Shown one piece after another: positions 38,651-48,959 of a stretch of DNA of 64,000 nucleotides (position 1 is the stretch's first letter; each line of letters opens with the position of its first letter). Made by a program: the position numbers and the translations under genes. The notes under the pieces are model-generated. The model ran no database searches. It was given only the letters and a program-made list of their open reading frames with translations, and was not told where the DNA came from. Origin of the DNA: an uncultured candidatus Porisulfidus sp. (lineage in GTDB: Bacteria > Pseudomonadota > Gammaproteobacteria > Poriferisulfidales > Oxydemutatoraceae); the NCBI GenBank assembly GCA_965215125.1, contig OZ244052.1, positions 992,001 through 1,056,000 of the forward strand, written 5' to 3'.

Positions 38651-39335
38651 ACATCAATATATCCGCACCAATCTGTTGCTCATGCGGGCGGCGATAGCAC
38701 AAGCCGAAGCAAGAGCATGCCGTCCTCAAGGTAGCGTGCGCTTGCTCGCAGTCAGCAAAACCAAAAGCGTCTCCGAGATTCGCACCGCACTGGATGCCGG
38801 ACAGTACGATTTCGGGGAAAACTACTTGCAAGAAGCACTAAGCAAAATTGAACAACTTAAAGATGAGAAAATTCGTTGGCATTTTATAGGTTCTATACAA
38901 AGCAATAAAGCCCGAGATATTGCCCGGTATTTTGATTGGGTGCATAGCATAGAAAAAATCTCTATCGCGCAACGCATAGCTCGTCTACGCCCGGCGACAT
39001 TACCGCCGCTTAACGTATGTCTACAAGTGAATATAGACCGAGAACAGAGTAAGTCGGGTTGTAGCATTGCACAAGTGCATGCCTTAGCAAGTCAAATCGC
39101 ACAACTGCCACAGCTTGAACTACGCGGTCTAATGGCTATTCCCAAACCCACCTCGGATACGCAACGTCAATATGAGATATTTGCAGAATTGCATACCTTA
39201 TTTGAACAAATGAAACCCCGATATAAAAATTTTGACACACTCTCCGCCGGTATGAGCGGTGATTTTGAACAGGCGATTAAAGCAGGGGCTACACTTATCC
39301 GTATCGGTACCGCAATCTTCGGACCTCGCAAATAA
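38643..39335 (+). CDS. yggS: PLP homeostasis protein, YggS family
   Basis: LLAVSKT, FGENYLQE, WHFIG.IQSNK, GMSGD and IRIGTAIFG motifs. Confidence 0.95.
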   Translation: MSEHQYIRTNLLLMRAAIAQAEARACRPQGSVRLLAVSKTKSVSEIRTALDAGQYDFGENYLQEALSKIEQLKDEKIRWHFIGSIQSNKARDIARYFDWVHSIEKISIAQRIARLRPATLPPLNVCLQVNIDREQSKSGCSIAQVHALASQIAQLPQLELRGLMAIPKPTSDTQRQYEIFAELHTLFEQMKPRYKNFDTLSAGMSGDFEQAIKAGATLIRIGTAIFGPRK

Positions 39336-39355
39336 GATGCGCAAACTATAAAAGA

Positions 39356-39382
39356 GGCGATTGAGCCGGTAGGTCAATCGGG
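39356..39382. repeat. Repeat family B copy between convergent yggS and dsbA
   Basis: ggcgattgagccggtaggtcaatcggg imperfect palindrome. Confidence 0.6.
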
Positions 39383-39543
39383 CGTGACGCTGTGCAGAAC
39401 CTCAGCACATTAGGTGTCATATACATCACGAAATGCAAAATTCTCCGATAATGCGGCGTGCCCACACAAAGAAAATTTTACATCGGTTAATTCTTGTAAA
39501 TTAAAACCATACGACGCAAAAGCGTCGAAGGTTGGCACAAAAC

Positions 39544-40191
39544 CTAAGACTTTTCTCGTTCAAGATTTATCAAATAATCCAAAGCACTAATAAGACGTTG
39601 GGAACTGCCTACCATACTCGGCGAAGTAAGATAGCGACCGTTGACTATAAAAGTCGGTACACTCTTGATTGCGTATTCCCGAACCAAGCGATCGGCTTTT
39701 TGGGTTTTGGTATTAACAATGAAGGAATTGTAGGCTTTACTAAATTTATCTTCGGGAATACCGGAACTAAAAGAGGCAAAGAACTCGGCTATTCTGTCCT
39801 CGCGAACCAAATCACGTCTTTGCTGCCTGCCGTGTATTGCATTAAAAAACACTTCGTGCAAATCAAGCCGGTCTAGACTTTCTAAGGCGTAGTACACCTT
39901 GGCGTGGATAATCCAAGGTTTGCTGAATGTGGCTGGTATGCGTACAAGCTCCACATCCTCCGGTATCTTCCAGTTTTTGATATAAGGTTCTACAGTGTAG
40001 CAATGCGGGCAACCGTACCAGAAAAATTCTATGACTTCAATTTTGTCTTCGCCGACAGCGGTTTCCATACGCGGAGAAATAACGGTATAGTTGCTACCTT
40101 CGGCGAACTCTTCGGCAAGTGTCGCATGGCTTAACAACGCAAAAATAAGGGCGATGCCCGATGCGTAGAGGATTCTATATATATAAGTCAT
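39544..40191 (-). CDS. dsbA: Thiol:disulfide interchange protein DsbA
   Basis: Signal peptide, EFFWYGCPHCY active site, cis-Pro loop VPTFIVNG. Confidence 0.93.
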   Translation of the reverse strand: MTYIYRILYASGIALIFALLSHATLAEEFAEGSNYTVISPRMETAVGEDKIEVIEFFWYGCPHCYTVEPYIKNWKIPEDVELVRIPATFSKPWIIHAKVYYALESLDRLDLHEVFFNAIHGRQQRRDLVREDRIAEFFASFSSGIPEDKFSKAYNSFIVNTKTQKADRLVREYAIKSVPTFIVNGRYLTSPSMVGSSQRLISALDYLINLEREKS

Positions 40192-40214
40192 TGGACCGGA
40201 CAGCGAGGTTATCG

Positions 40215-40817
40215 TTAATGCAAGCCTTGCATATATGACGCAACCGCCTCTATTTCTTCGTCGGTCAATTTAGCGGCAATACCGTTCATAATCTCCACGC
40301 CGGCATAAGTTTCGGCGGCACTACGATATTTTTTGAGGCGTTCAATCGAATACGCGGCGTGTTGATACGAAATGTTGGGGAAACCTGCCGCCGGATTGCC
40401 TTTACCGTTAGGACCATGGCACGAGATACACGCAGGAATGCCGCTCTCGGCATTACCACCTCTATACAGCTTCTCACCTGCTTCGACCAATTTTTCATCA
40501 GCGGCACCAGGACTACGCTCGATGGATTCATAATAGGCAGCCAAATGCTTTATATCGTCATCGGATAGCGCAGCTGCTTGTGGGTTCATCAACGGGTTGA
40601 CACGCTCGTTATTTTTGAAATGTTGCAACTGCTTGATGATATATTGTGTCGACTGACCGGCGATTTTAGGCCACTGTGGATTAACGCTATTGCCGTCGGG
40701 GCCGTGGCAAGCAGCACAAGACATGGATTTTGATTTGCCGAGTTCCACATCACTTTGCGCATTGCCCATGCCACTTAATAAAAAGCTCAAAACAATTAAG
40801 CATATTTTGTATCTCAT
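40215..40817 (-). CDS. Diheme cytochrome c4
   Basis: Signal peptide, CAACHG and CISCHG, P.IAGQ...YI.KQL; usual c4-dsbA synteny. Confidence 0.92.
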   Translation of the reverse strand: MRYKICLIVLSFLLSGMGNAQSDVELGKSKSMSCAACHGPDGNSVNPQWPKIAGQSTQYIIKQLQHFKNNERVNPLMNPQAAALSDDDIKHLAAYYESIERSPGAADEKLVEAGEKLYRGGNAESGIPACISCHGPNGKGNPAAGFPNISYQHAAYSIERLKKYRSAAETYAGVEIMNGIAAKLTDEEIEAVASYMQGLH

Positions 40818-40981
40818 ATTTAACTTCTCTTTCCTTTGATTAGCAAACTATCGTGGGTTTAATGACAAGAAAAAATGAAAATATTAATATTTCATTCGTT
40901 TGTTAGTGTTAATTATACTCTACTCCGGCGAGATTGACACATTTTGATTTGTGGCAATCATTAATTGTCGACCTGCGAGCG

Positions 40982-41065
40982 CATTCCCCTCCACAGGAGG
41001 GGAATGGACCGGCACTATACTTGCGCAGACACACCACGACCTACCGGCTCAATCGGCGGTTCTAT
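40982..41065. repeat. Repeat A core (40982-41020) plus repeat B half (41038-41065) overlapping the sctP stop
   Basis: cattcccctccacaggaggggaatg perfect hairpin; gacctaccggctcaatcggcggttctat. Confidence 0.65.
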
Positions 41066-42047
41066 CTGTGTCATCATCTAAGTCGGGGGTTACATATTGC
41101 TGGCGGGAGCGACCTTCTCCTTGACCACCGCGTGTTTGTTGACTGTCTTGTACCGATACGTTGACGGTTTCGTTCGCCAGTCGCTCGCCTAATATTTTTT
41201 GTATATCCGGCTGCCTTTGTTCTATGAACATTTGACTATCTTTAGATCCGGTTAGGAATTCAACTTGCAGGCTACCGGCGTGGCGATAGATACGAACTTC
41301 GGTATTAGGCAGCACGGATTCTTTTAAGTGGATACGGATCTCTTGCATACCGGCAGGGTTGTCGGCAGGGGAAGACACCAGTATGCGGTCGGCAATTTCG
41401 CCGACAATTTTACTTAGATCCACAGGAGGGGCAGGCGCAGCTTCCGCAACAGTCGGAGCACTCTGAAGTGGGGCATGGTTTTGAGCAATCAAAGAGGCAA
41501 TATCAAATGCATCCAGACTTTGCGGCAGTGCTTCTTGATCGTCTGACTTTTGCTTAGCGGTAAACAATTCGTTTTTACCCACCGGTGCTTGTCGGTGGGT
41601 CGTTGCTTCTTGATCGTCCGACTTTTGCTTAGCGACAGACGATTCGTTTTTACCCACCGGTGCTTGTCGGTGGGTCGTTGCTTCTTGATCGTCCGACTTT
41701 TGCTTAGCGACAGACGATTCGTTTTTACCCACCGGTGTTTGTCGGCGGGTTGTTGCTTCTTGATCGTCCGACTTTTGCTTAGCGACAGACGATTCGTTTT
41801 TACCCACCGGTGTTTGTCGGTGAGTCGCTTTAGCTTGCCCAACTTGTTTTGTTAACTTATTCTCTATCTTGTCTAAAGATTTATTAAGTTTTTGGGGTTT
41901 GGAAACCCCTTTTAGCATGGTGCTTTTTTTATGAACTAAGGACGAAAACTGCTCGGCTACTTCATTAGACACGTTGCGTGCATCGGGCTTATCGGACTCG
42001 TTGGTCGGAGCCGTATTTTTTTCACCTGAAGAGATGTTTTTTATCAT
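41049..42047 (-). CDS. sctP: T3SS needle-length control protein (SctP/YscP-like)
   Basis: Disordered repetitive N-half; C-terminal T3S4-like domain (IADRILVS...EIRIHLK..VLP.TEV.I...G.LQVEF...L.ERL, GRSRQ); follows sctN-sctO. Confidence 0.8.
   Translation of the reverse strand: MIKNISSGEKNTAPTNESDKPDARNVSNEVAEQFSSLVHKKSTMLKGVSKPQKLNKSLDKIENKLTKQVGQAKATHRQTPVGKNESSVAKQKSDDQEATTRRQTPVGKNESSVAKQKSDDQEATTHRQAPVGKNESSVAKQKSDDQEATTHRQAPVGKNELFTAKQKSDDQEALPQSLDAFDIASLIAQNHAPLQSAPTVAEAAPAPPVDLSKIVGEIADRILVSSPADNPAGMQEIRIHLKESVLPNTEVRIYRHAGSLQVEFLTGSKDSQMFIEQRQPDIQKILGERLANETVNVSVQDSQQTRGGQGEGRSRQQYVTPDLDDDTDRTAD
41530..41830 (-). repeat. Four in-frame 75-bp tandem repeats in sctP
   Basis: Unit HRQ(T/A)PVGKNESSVAKQKSDDQEATT; cttcttgatcgtc recurs at 75-nt spacing from 41531. 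Confidence 0.95.
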
Positions 42048-42049
42048 CG

Positions 42050-42520
42050 TTAGTGTGCAGGGCGGATATTAAATTCTTCGGCTTCAAGTTCTTCACGCCT
42101 TTCGGTTTCCCGATTTTCAATGGTTTGCATGATATCTCTATATTCTTCGTATTTCTTGACCGTTTTGTAGGCATCCATACGCGCCTGTCTAGCTTCCTTC
42201 AAATGCTTTGTCGCATCGGTCATTGCAACCTGCGCTTTTTCTATCTCCTCTTTAAGTTGTTGCTGCTTCTCTTTGAAGAATGTAATTTGATCTCTCATAA
42301 CATTGAGGTTGTATGCGCGGACTTCTTTGTCTAAAACTTCTTGGTATAAGCGTTTTTCTTCTTTTCTGCGCCATGCCGCATAATCGTCGTGGTCGGCGAT
42401 TTTGGTATTCAGAGTTTTTTGACACTGTTCAAGTTGCAGTTGCTTTTCCTTCATTACTTTTATCGCTTCGTCCTCTCGCAGACGCTTAACATGGAGCAAC
42501 TCGTCTAACAACAGCGTCAT
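42050..42520 (-). CDS. sctO: T3SS stalk protein SctO/YscO
   Basis: Coiled-coil, LL.VK.LRED.A start and E...REE.E.EE end; directly downstream of sctN. Confidence 0.85.
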   Translation of the reverse strand: MTLLLDELLHVKRLREDEAIKVMKEKQLQLEQCQKTLNTKIADHDDYAAWRRKEEKRLYQEVLDKEVRAYNLNVMRDQITFFKEKQQQLKEEIEKAQVAMTDATKHLKEARQARMDAYKTVKKYEEYRDIMQTIENRETERREELEAEEFNIRPAH

Positions 42521-42524
42521 TTGT

Positions 42525-43850
42525 TCAATCCTCTATCACCGCTTGCATCGTATCCAAAACTTCTTGCATGGAAAACACCTCGTCCACTCCTTGCCTTAAA
42601 AATTCGTTGATAGCCTCTACTTTAGCTACCGCCTCATCTGCCACTTCATCGCTTCCTTCTTTGTATTCGCCTATCTTGATCAACAGTTCCACCTCTTTAT
42701 ATTTAGCAAGAAGCTCGCGCATCCGCCCTGCCAGACGCACGTGTTCCTTGTTCACGATGGCACTCATCACGCGACTAACGCTTGCCAACACATCAACTGC
42801 AGGGTAATGGTTTGCGCTTGCTAGCTGACGCGATAGTATAATATGCCCGTCCAATATAGAGCGAGTTTCATCGGCAACGGGCTCGGTCATATCGTCGCCT
42901 TCTACGAGCACCGTGTACAGTGCCGTAATGGAGCCTTTGTCGGATTGCCCGGCACGCTCCATCAGTTGCGGCAAGGTCGCAAAAACCGAAGGCGGGAAGC
43001 CTCGCCGCGTCGGTGGTTCACCGGCAGCCAATCCGATCTCGCGTTGGGCGCGGGCAAACCGCGTAACCGAATCCATCAAGAATAAAACCCGCTTACCTTG
43101 ATCCCTAAAATACTCGGCAATCGCAGTCGCAACATAAGCTGCTTTGACGCGCTCCATAGAAGGACGATCCGAGGTTGCCACCACCACCACGGAGTGTTTT
43201 AGATTTTCTGCACCGATGTCGCGTTCTATAAATTCCCGCACTTCTCGTCCGCGTTCTCCTATCAATGCAAGTACGGTCACATCGGCATCGGCACTTCTGA
43301 CAAGCATCGACAGCAAAGTGCTTTTACCGCCGCCGGCAGCAGCGAATATACCCATTCTTTGTCCTTCACCGCAGGTCAACAAACCATCTAAGACCTTCAA
43401 CCCCATAGGCAATGGTTTATCAATGATTTTTCTTTTCATCGGTTCCGGCGGGTCGGCATAGACCGGATAAAAGGTAGTGGTTTCCAAAGCGGGGCCTCCG
43501 TCGAAAGGATGTCCTAAACCGTTTAATACCCTCCCTAGAATCTGCGAACCAACCGGCACTCTATGGGAATGGCCGGTCGGTAAAACTTGGGTGCTGTTGG
43601 AAATACCGAGCATCTCACCCATCGGTGTCAGCAAAACACGGCGGTCTTCAAAACCTACAACCTCCGCCATCAACGAACCTTTTTCGCCGGGGTTACGTAG
43701 CGTGCAAAGCTCGCCTATTTTGACGCCCGGCACGACAGCACGGATCAAGGTGCCGGTGACTTCCAAAACGAAACCGCACACTTCAAGTAGCTCGGCACGC
43801 TCAATCGTATCTTCCAGAGCTTCGGTAATATAGTTAAAACTAGTACTCAC
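42525..43850 (-). CDS. sctN: T3SS ATPase SctN
   Basis: [19 protein letters not shown] Walker [12 protein letters not shown] and [11 protein letters not shown] motifs; non-flagellar T3SS neighbours. Confidence 0.95.
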   Translation of the reverse strand: MSTSFNYITEALEDTIERAELLEVCGFVLEVTGTLIRAVVPGVKIGELCTLRNPGEKGSLMAEVVGFEDRRVLLTPMGEMLGISNSTQVLPTGHSHRVPVGSQILGRVLNGLGHPFDGGPALETTTFYPVYADPPEPMKRKIIDKPLPMGLKVLDGLLTCGEGQRMGIFAAAGGGKSTLLSMLVRSADADVTVLALIGERGREVREFIERDIGAENLKHSVVVVATSDRPSMERVKAAYVATAIAEYFRDQGKRVLFLMDSVTRFARAQREIGLAAGEPPTRRGFPPSVFATLPQLMERAGQSDKGSITALYTVLVEGDDMTEPVADETRSILDGHIILSRQLASANHYPAVDVLASVSRVMSAIVNKEHVRLAGRMRELLAKYKEVELLIKIGEYKEGSDEVADEAVAKVEAINEFLRQGVDEVFSMQEVLDTMQAVIED

Positions 43851-43868
43851 ATTGCCTCCGTATCGCTG

Positions 43869-46268
43869 CTATATCTTCTTTTCTATCACTAAGATATTTC
43901 TGCCGTCGGTGTGGATATACGAACTATAATCGATTAGTTGCTGACCGATGTAAATGCCTAATCCTCCCAAGCGTCGTTCGCGCCAATCTCCGTGTATATC
44001 AAGCGAGAGCGGTTGCAACGGATCAAAAGATTTTCCTTCATACTCTAATACCAAGAACAAAGTACTTCCTTTTTTAGCGAGTTGTGTTTTGACCAATTCG
44101 GTATCCCGACGCGCCTCGTTATGGCGGATGATATTTGATATAAACTCGTCCGCCGCAACGCACAGGTCGGTAGCCACCTCTTTTTCAACACGATAATCGT
44201 TACAAAAGGTATCGATCAAATCAATAATTTTACCAATTTCTTGTATGTCATAACGAATACTTATTTGATGCTTGAATTGGAGGTCGCGTAATTCGGAGAT
44301 GCCCACTTTAAGGTCATCGGTTGACGACCCGGTGCCGACGCTCGACAAGCCGTCACTAGTTTCTTGTCTCACTGCACATAATAAAGTCATATCGTCAAAC
44401 TGCACGGAGCCTCGTATAAACCGAGCGACACGCTTGATGATATTTTGTACACAACGCCTTGCCGGTTGTGTGCCGGCAATTTCTTCATGCCGAGTGATAC
44501 ATTCAATTAATCTTTGCTCTCCGAATTCTTGCTCTTCCATATCGTGCGCTTCGGTAATACCGTCGGTATAGAGCAATAACATATCACCGTAGTCCAACCA
44601 TTGCGTGCAAATCTCATAGCGAGGATTCTCGGAAACCGCTAATGCAATACCGTGTTTTTGATCTAAGAACTCTATAGAACCGGACTTTCTCACTATCAGC
44701 GGCGGGTTATGTCCCGCATTCGCATAGCTTAATTCTCCGTTGGATGTGTCAAATATCGCGTAGAACAAAGTCACGAAGGCACATTGCTCGGCATCCTCCT
44801 GCATTAAAAAGTGGTTGATTTTACGAAGACATGCATCGGGTTGCGGCGTGTTGGCACTTTGTGCTTTAAACAGGCTAAGACAAACCGCCATCATAATCGC
44901 CGCCGGCATACCTTTACCCGATACATCCCCGATAACCAAAGCCGTACGATCTTCATCTATTTTGAGAAAATAGTAAAAATCCCCCCCGACTTCTTTGGCC
45001 GGCAAGGTGCATCCGTATATATCCAGATCGTTGATTTCATCGCCGGCTTTGTGGTGCGGTAACAGCGACATTTGCACATCGTGAGAAATATTGATCTCGC
45101 TATTGATTCTCTCGTTTTGTGCGGTAACTCGTTTGAGGTCGGAAAAATAATTTTTCAAACGCATAACCGTTTGATTCAGGTTGACGGACAAGCTACTGAG
45201 CTCCTTACAAGAATCGGTTGCCGGAAATTTGATATTCAAATTGCCCGCCGCCAAAATTTCCACTCTTTGGGTCAGGGTAGAAATTGGTCTTGATATAGAC
45301 TTTGAAATCAGCAATATCAACAACACCAAACCCCAAAAGGCTATCAATACGGTTGCCGACTCTATAAGTTTTGCACGATAGATATACAAAAACACCTTTT
45401 CTTTAGGCAACAGTACGATAAGTTGCACATTGGAACTAAAGCTGGCTGGCAGTTGCGCAACAAATGTTTTGCCGGTGCCGTCTATAGGGTCGTCTATTTG
45501 GATGATATTTTTTGAAAATCTAAGCGTCGGCACTACATCATCGACGTTATCGGTCATATCCGGTAAATTAAGATGCAGTTGTACAATTTTATCGTTTGCC
45601 GAAGTACTCAATATAAGCGTCTTCTGCTCACCGTTGTCTAAACGTACCGAAAATAATATCGTGGCATCCTCGAATATTTGTATATTAAAAAGTCTAGTGA
45701 CTAGCTCGGACAACAAAACATCAACGACTACAATACCGCCGCTATGGTCGGATGCTGTCTTAAAAGGAACGATATAGCTGGTTTTCCAGTTGTCGTCCTC
45801 CGATACGAGTCGACTCCATACATCGCGTTGACGGGCAAGCTCAAAATAATGTCGGTAGCGAGATGCATCGGCATTGTCAAAGTCTCGCTGCCGGATCTTT
45901 GACCGATTGTTGCCTTGTATATAACCCTCTATCACCAGAGGTCTACGAACAACAAAAATGTCGTATTTTTCATCGGTATCCAGAAGATTGTCGAGTAATG
46001 TCCGAACGCGTGCTTTGTCTACACGAATATCCTGTTTTAGATAGGCGGCGAGAACATTCGCCAATTCTTCGATTTCTCTTACCTGCATGCCGAGTTTATT
46101 ATCGACTTCAAGAGCCATGCTGTTGACATAAGAATCGGTCAATTCTCTTATTTGATAGTCAACATAAAAAAAGTTCGCAATCAATAATACAATCACGAAT
46201 AAAATGACCGGAAAACCCAAACCCCATAATATTTTTGTGTGTAGCGTCTTCATCAAACTAAAAATCAA
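43869..46268 (-). CDS. Membrane sensor: TM, periplasmic (Cache-like) domain, TM, HAMP, SpoIIE/PP2C phosphatase and RsbW-like anti-sigma ATPase domain
   Basis: Two TM segments; HAMP (ISRPI..L...GNL...DSC.EL); PP2C motifs VGGDFY, GDVSGKG, NAGH.PP, YTDGITEA and DDMT; C-terminal DEFISNII.H...FDPL...GGLGI. Confidence 0.88.
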   Translation of the reverse strand: MIFSLMKTLHTKILWGLGFPVILFVIVLLIANFFYVDYQIRELTDSYVNSMALEVDNKLGMQVREIEELANVLAAYLKQDIRVDKARVRTLLDNLLDTDEKYDIFVVRRPLVIEGYIQGNNRSKIRQRDFDNADASRYRHYFELARQRDVWSRLVSEDDNWKTSYIVPFKTASDHSGGIVVVDVLLSELVTRLFNIQIFEDATILFSVRLDNGEQKTLILSTSANDKIVQLHLNLPDMTDNVDDVVPTLRFSKNIIQIDDPIDGTGKTFVAQLPASFSSNVQLIVLLPKEKVFLYIYRAKLIESATVLIAFWGLVLLILLISKSISRPISTLTQRVEILAAGNLNIKFPATDSCKELSSLSVNLNQTVMRLKNYFSDLKRVTAQNERINSEINISHDVQMSLLPHHKAGDEINDLDIYGCTLPAKEVGGDFYYFLKIDEDRTALVIGDVSGKGMPAAIMMAVCLSLFKAQSANTPQPDACLRKINHFLMQEDAEQCAFVTLFYAIFDTSNGELSYANAGHNPPLIVRKSGSIEFLDQKHGIALAVSENPRYEICTQWLDYGDMLLLYTDGITEAHDMEEQEFGEQRLIECITRHEEIAGTQPARRCVQNIIKRVARFIRGSVQFDDMTLLCAVRQETSDGLSSVGTGSSTDDLKVGISELRDLQFKHQISIRYDIQEIGKIIDLIDTFCNDYRVEKEVATDLCVAADEFISNIIRHNEARRDTELVKTQLAKKGSTLFLVLEYEGKSFDPLQPLSLDIHGDWRERRLGGLGIYIGQQLIDYSSYIHTDGRNILVIEKKI

Positions 46269-46298
46269 GGCTACTTGTGCAAACCATGCGGATAACCG

Positions 46299-46730
46299 TT
46301 AAGGCGTAATAATCATCGTGTCGTTAGAGAGGTAGTCGGTAGACTCGGCAACTACAAAGTGCCGATATTCTTCTAAAGCATTGACGAATCTCTCGAGTCT
46401 GTCCGAGAAATCGTATAGATTCATCGCATCCATATCAAATCTTTCAAACAAGATTAAATTGTTATCGGCATCCAAACCCAAACCGGATGTCTGAGATTTA
46501 ATTCTTGCCAACGAATGGTTCATCAAATTTTTTAACATAGTCGGCATCATATCCTTTTGCGCCGACAAAGTCGTCAACTTTGAATAAAAATAGCCTTTGC
46601 CTAATTTCTCAAAACACGCGACTTCCATATCGTCAATGGTTAAACGATAGATACTTTTTTGATCCGGGATTGGTTCGTCCAAGTGGTGTTGCTTGGCAAA
46701 TTCTTTCAACAACAAATTGAGTTTAACCAT
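46299..46730 (-). CDS. T3SS class I chaperone (YscB/CesT-like)
   Basis: 143-aa protein with Y.L.ID, L.LD..N.L.L and C-terminal F...LE.FVNALE helix; inside the T3SS operon. Confidence 0.75.
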   Translation of the reverse strand: MVKLNLLLKEFAKQHHLDEPIPDQKSIYRLTIDDMEVACFEKLGKGYFYSKLTTLSAQKDMMPTMLKNLMNHSLARIKSQTSGLGLDADNNLILFERFDMDAMNLYDFSDRLERFVNALEEYRHFVVAESTDYLSNDTMIITP

Positions 46731-46761
46731 CGTATTAACCGAGTGATTTCAAAATTGGCTG

Positions 46762-47397
46762 TCATTCGGGCAGTGCTACTTGAGAATCAAAATTATTCGA
46801 TAACGCAGTGCGCAAAGCTCGCAGTTGCAAATCTACGCTGGTGTCAACCGACCCCATCTCGGTTTCTACCTTGCATGCGGTCTCGTGAATGTGGCTGTCG
46901 GCAACCACATCTATAAAGCCGATGTTGGCGTAATTTGCAGTAATTTCTTTGAGTTTTGTTCGCACTGCATCGGCATGCTCGGGATAAACTCGCAAGGTGA
47001 TCTTACTCTCGTTGCGAACCTTATCGAGGGCTTGCCTCACTATGCCCTTAGTAAGCTCTACATCGTCGAAGCTACTCAAAATTTTCTTGGTTGACGATAT
47101 TACAATATCAACCAATTTATCTTCCACTTCGGAAAAATAATGTACCGACTCTATCATTGCACTCATCATTTTTTCCGATTGCTTAGCCTTTCCTTCTTCG
47201 GAGCCGTCTTCATAGCCACGTGCTTTTTCGCTCTCGTAGGCAGCTTTCGCATCGTCAACTATTCTCTGCGCTTCTTTTTCGGCTTGTTTCACCAAATCTG
47301 CGGCTTTCAAAACTATCGTATAGTCTTCGGCTTTCAACACTCGGCTGTGAGACCGAATCTTGATGTTTTTATTCTTAACTAGGGTAAATCCACTCAT
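46762..47397 (-). CDS. sctL: T3SS stator SctL
   Basis: AYE.EK.RGYEDG..EG, LRV.P and C..ETE.GSVD.S...QL motifs. Confidence 0.9.
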   Translation of the reverse strand: MSGFTLVKNKNIKIRSHSRVLKAEDYTIVLKAADLVKQAEKEAQRIVDDAKAAYESEKARGYEDGSEEGKAKQSEKMMSAMIESVHYFSEVEDKLVDIVISSTKKILSSFDDVELTKGIVRQALDKVRNESKITLRVYPEHADAVRTKLKEITANYANIGFIDVVADSHIHETACKVETEMGSVDTSVDLQLRALRTALSNNFDSQVALPE

Positions 47398-48053
47398 ACC
47401 GCATTTATCTCCTTCAATAGGCGCGGCAAATAAGTTCTGATTGCTCCATAATCGTCTTTATTGCCACGCGAAATCTCGCTCCATGGTTTGGGGAGCTTGA
47501 ATAGTAACCGCTGAATAAATCCCCGCGGCATATCGTCAAGTAGACCGAGTAGACAACGCAAACCGCTTTGATGTACATAACTCTTGAAATCCGTGGTATC
47601 GCGTTTCTGCTTAACCGAGAGCAGCACCTTATTTGGGACACGCGAATAATCCATAGAAATTCTATTCTTCAATGCGTATAAATAGTCTGTTTCTCCCAAA
47701 GATTTTTTTATCGCTTGCTGTGCTTTTTTTTCAATCACACTCGCTATTGTGTTTGATTCTATGACCAAACCTATTTTGTAGAGTAAAGTCTTTAAGTCTA
47801 CGCTGCTCAACAAAGCCGCTTGTCGTTCATAGCTCCCGAAGTCAAAATAATTTTCTCGCTTCATTCGGTAGCTCTCCAGAATAAAATCGGACAACTTGCG
47901 ATGGGCGGCTTTGACGATTCTAACCCGAGCAACCAAAGGCGTAGCCAACCAGTCCGATTCCCACCAACTATCATCCATTTCCAATGAAGGAAAAAAATTA
48001 AAATCAATCACACGGCGCAAAGTGTCGTCCGACATTGTGGTGTCATCGCTCAT
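47394..48053 (-). CDS. sctK: T3SS sorting platform protein SctK
   Basis: Between sctJ and sctL with 4-nt overlaps; N-terminal FNF.P and C-terminal RLLFKLP. Confidence 0.75.
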   Translation of the reverse strand: MSDDTTMSDDTLRRVIDFNFFPSLEMDDSWWESDWLATPLVARVRIVKAAHRKLSDFILESYRMKRENYFDFGSYERQAALLSSVDLKTLLYKIGLVIESNTIASVIEKKAQQAIKKSLGETDYLYALKNRISMDYSRVPNKVLLSVKQKRDTTDFKSYVHQSGLRCLLGLLDDMPRGFIQRLLFKLPKPWSEISRGNKDDYGAIRTYLPRLLKEINAV

Positions 48054-48919
48054 GTAGCACTCTCTTGCTTGTCGGCGATGGGTTCGGATTTCTCAATACC
48101 CCTTTCTTGCATACTCACTCTATTCCTTCGCTCCATATATAAATAGATATTGCCGGAAAAAACCGCAAAAATTAAAGTAATTAGTACGGTCAGCAAAATA
48201 TATAAATGCCCGATTGAATCAGGACTCACTTTTAAGCCTAAAACCGAACGATACTCAACCGGATAAAAGTCGGAACGGGCTTCATTCTCTGCCGGAAACA
48301 GAGAAACACTTACTTGGTCATAAGAGAGTCCTTCTATGGCATTCGCAACAATAGACTTTATTTGCGGTATATACGAGTTTAAGTCGTAATCCGAGTTATA
48401 TTTGATAAAAACCGACGCAGAAGCGGGAAAATCAACTTTCTTATTGCCGATGCCCGATGACGGTTCGGTAGGTAACACAATATGAACACGTGCAACCAAT
48501 ACGCCATCTATCTTAGACAAAGTCTCGGAAACCTCCTGCGATAAACCGTAGATATAACGGGTTCGCTCCTCAAAAGGCGTAGACACCAAACCATCATCGC
48601 TGAAAACATCGTTAATCGTTGAAAATCTGGTTTTGGGATAGCCGTGTCTACTCAGTATTTCAACAGCTCGCGCCGTTTGATCTTCCTCTATGAATAGACT
48701 AACCATATTGTCCTTGCCCGGCTGTTTTTCGCTTTGTATGCCGTGCTTGAGCAAAAGTGCCAACATCTCGTTACCTTCTTGTTCTTGCAAGCCCGTATAA
48801 AGTTCTACTTTACAACCACCGAGCAACAACAATAATGCTAAGAATGTCAGTCTCAGTATGGAGTTATGCCATATCAACCGGTGCCTAGGTTTATGTTCCC
48901 TATATGTTTCGGTATGCAT
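48050..48919 (-). CDS. sctJ: T3SS inner-membrane ring lipoprotein SctJ
   Basis: Lipobox LGGC, LY.GL.E.EGNEM.A.L, IDGVLVARVHIVLP, SASVFIK and a C-terminal TM. Confidence 0.95.
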   Translation of the reverse strand: MHTETYREHKPRHRLIWHNSILRLTFLALLLLLGGCKVELYTGLQEQEGNEMLALLLKHGIQSEKQPGKDNMVSLFIEEDQTARAVEILSRHGYPKTRFSTINDVFSDDGLVSTPFEERTRYIYGLSQEVSETLSKIDGVLVARVHIVLPTEPSSGIGNKKVDFPASASVFIKYNSDYDLNSYIPQIKSIVANAIEGLSYDQVSVSLFPAENEARSDFYPVEYRSVLGLKVSPDSIGHLYILLTVLITLIFAVFSGNIYLYMERRNRVSMQERGIEKSEPIADKQESAT

Positions 48920-48959
48920 TAAGCCCCTCCTTTCGCCTTTGCATAAAAGCCGAACGGCT

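Noticed and set aside
41530-41830. CRISPR-like periodic array
   Set aside because: Contiguous 75-bp in-frame units with no unique spacers; no cas genes in the window
42525-43850. Flagellar FliI or a second ATP synthase beta subunit
   Set aside because: Neighbours are SctJ, K, L, O, P and needle-type genes; the genuine atpD is at the window end
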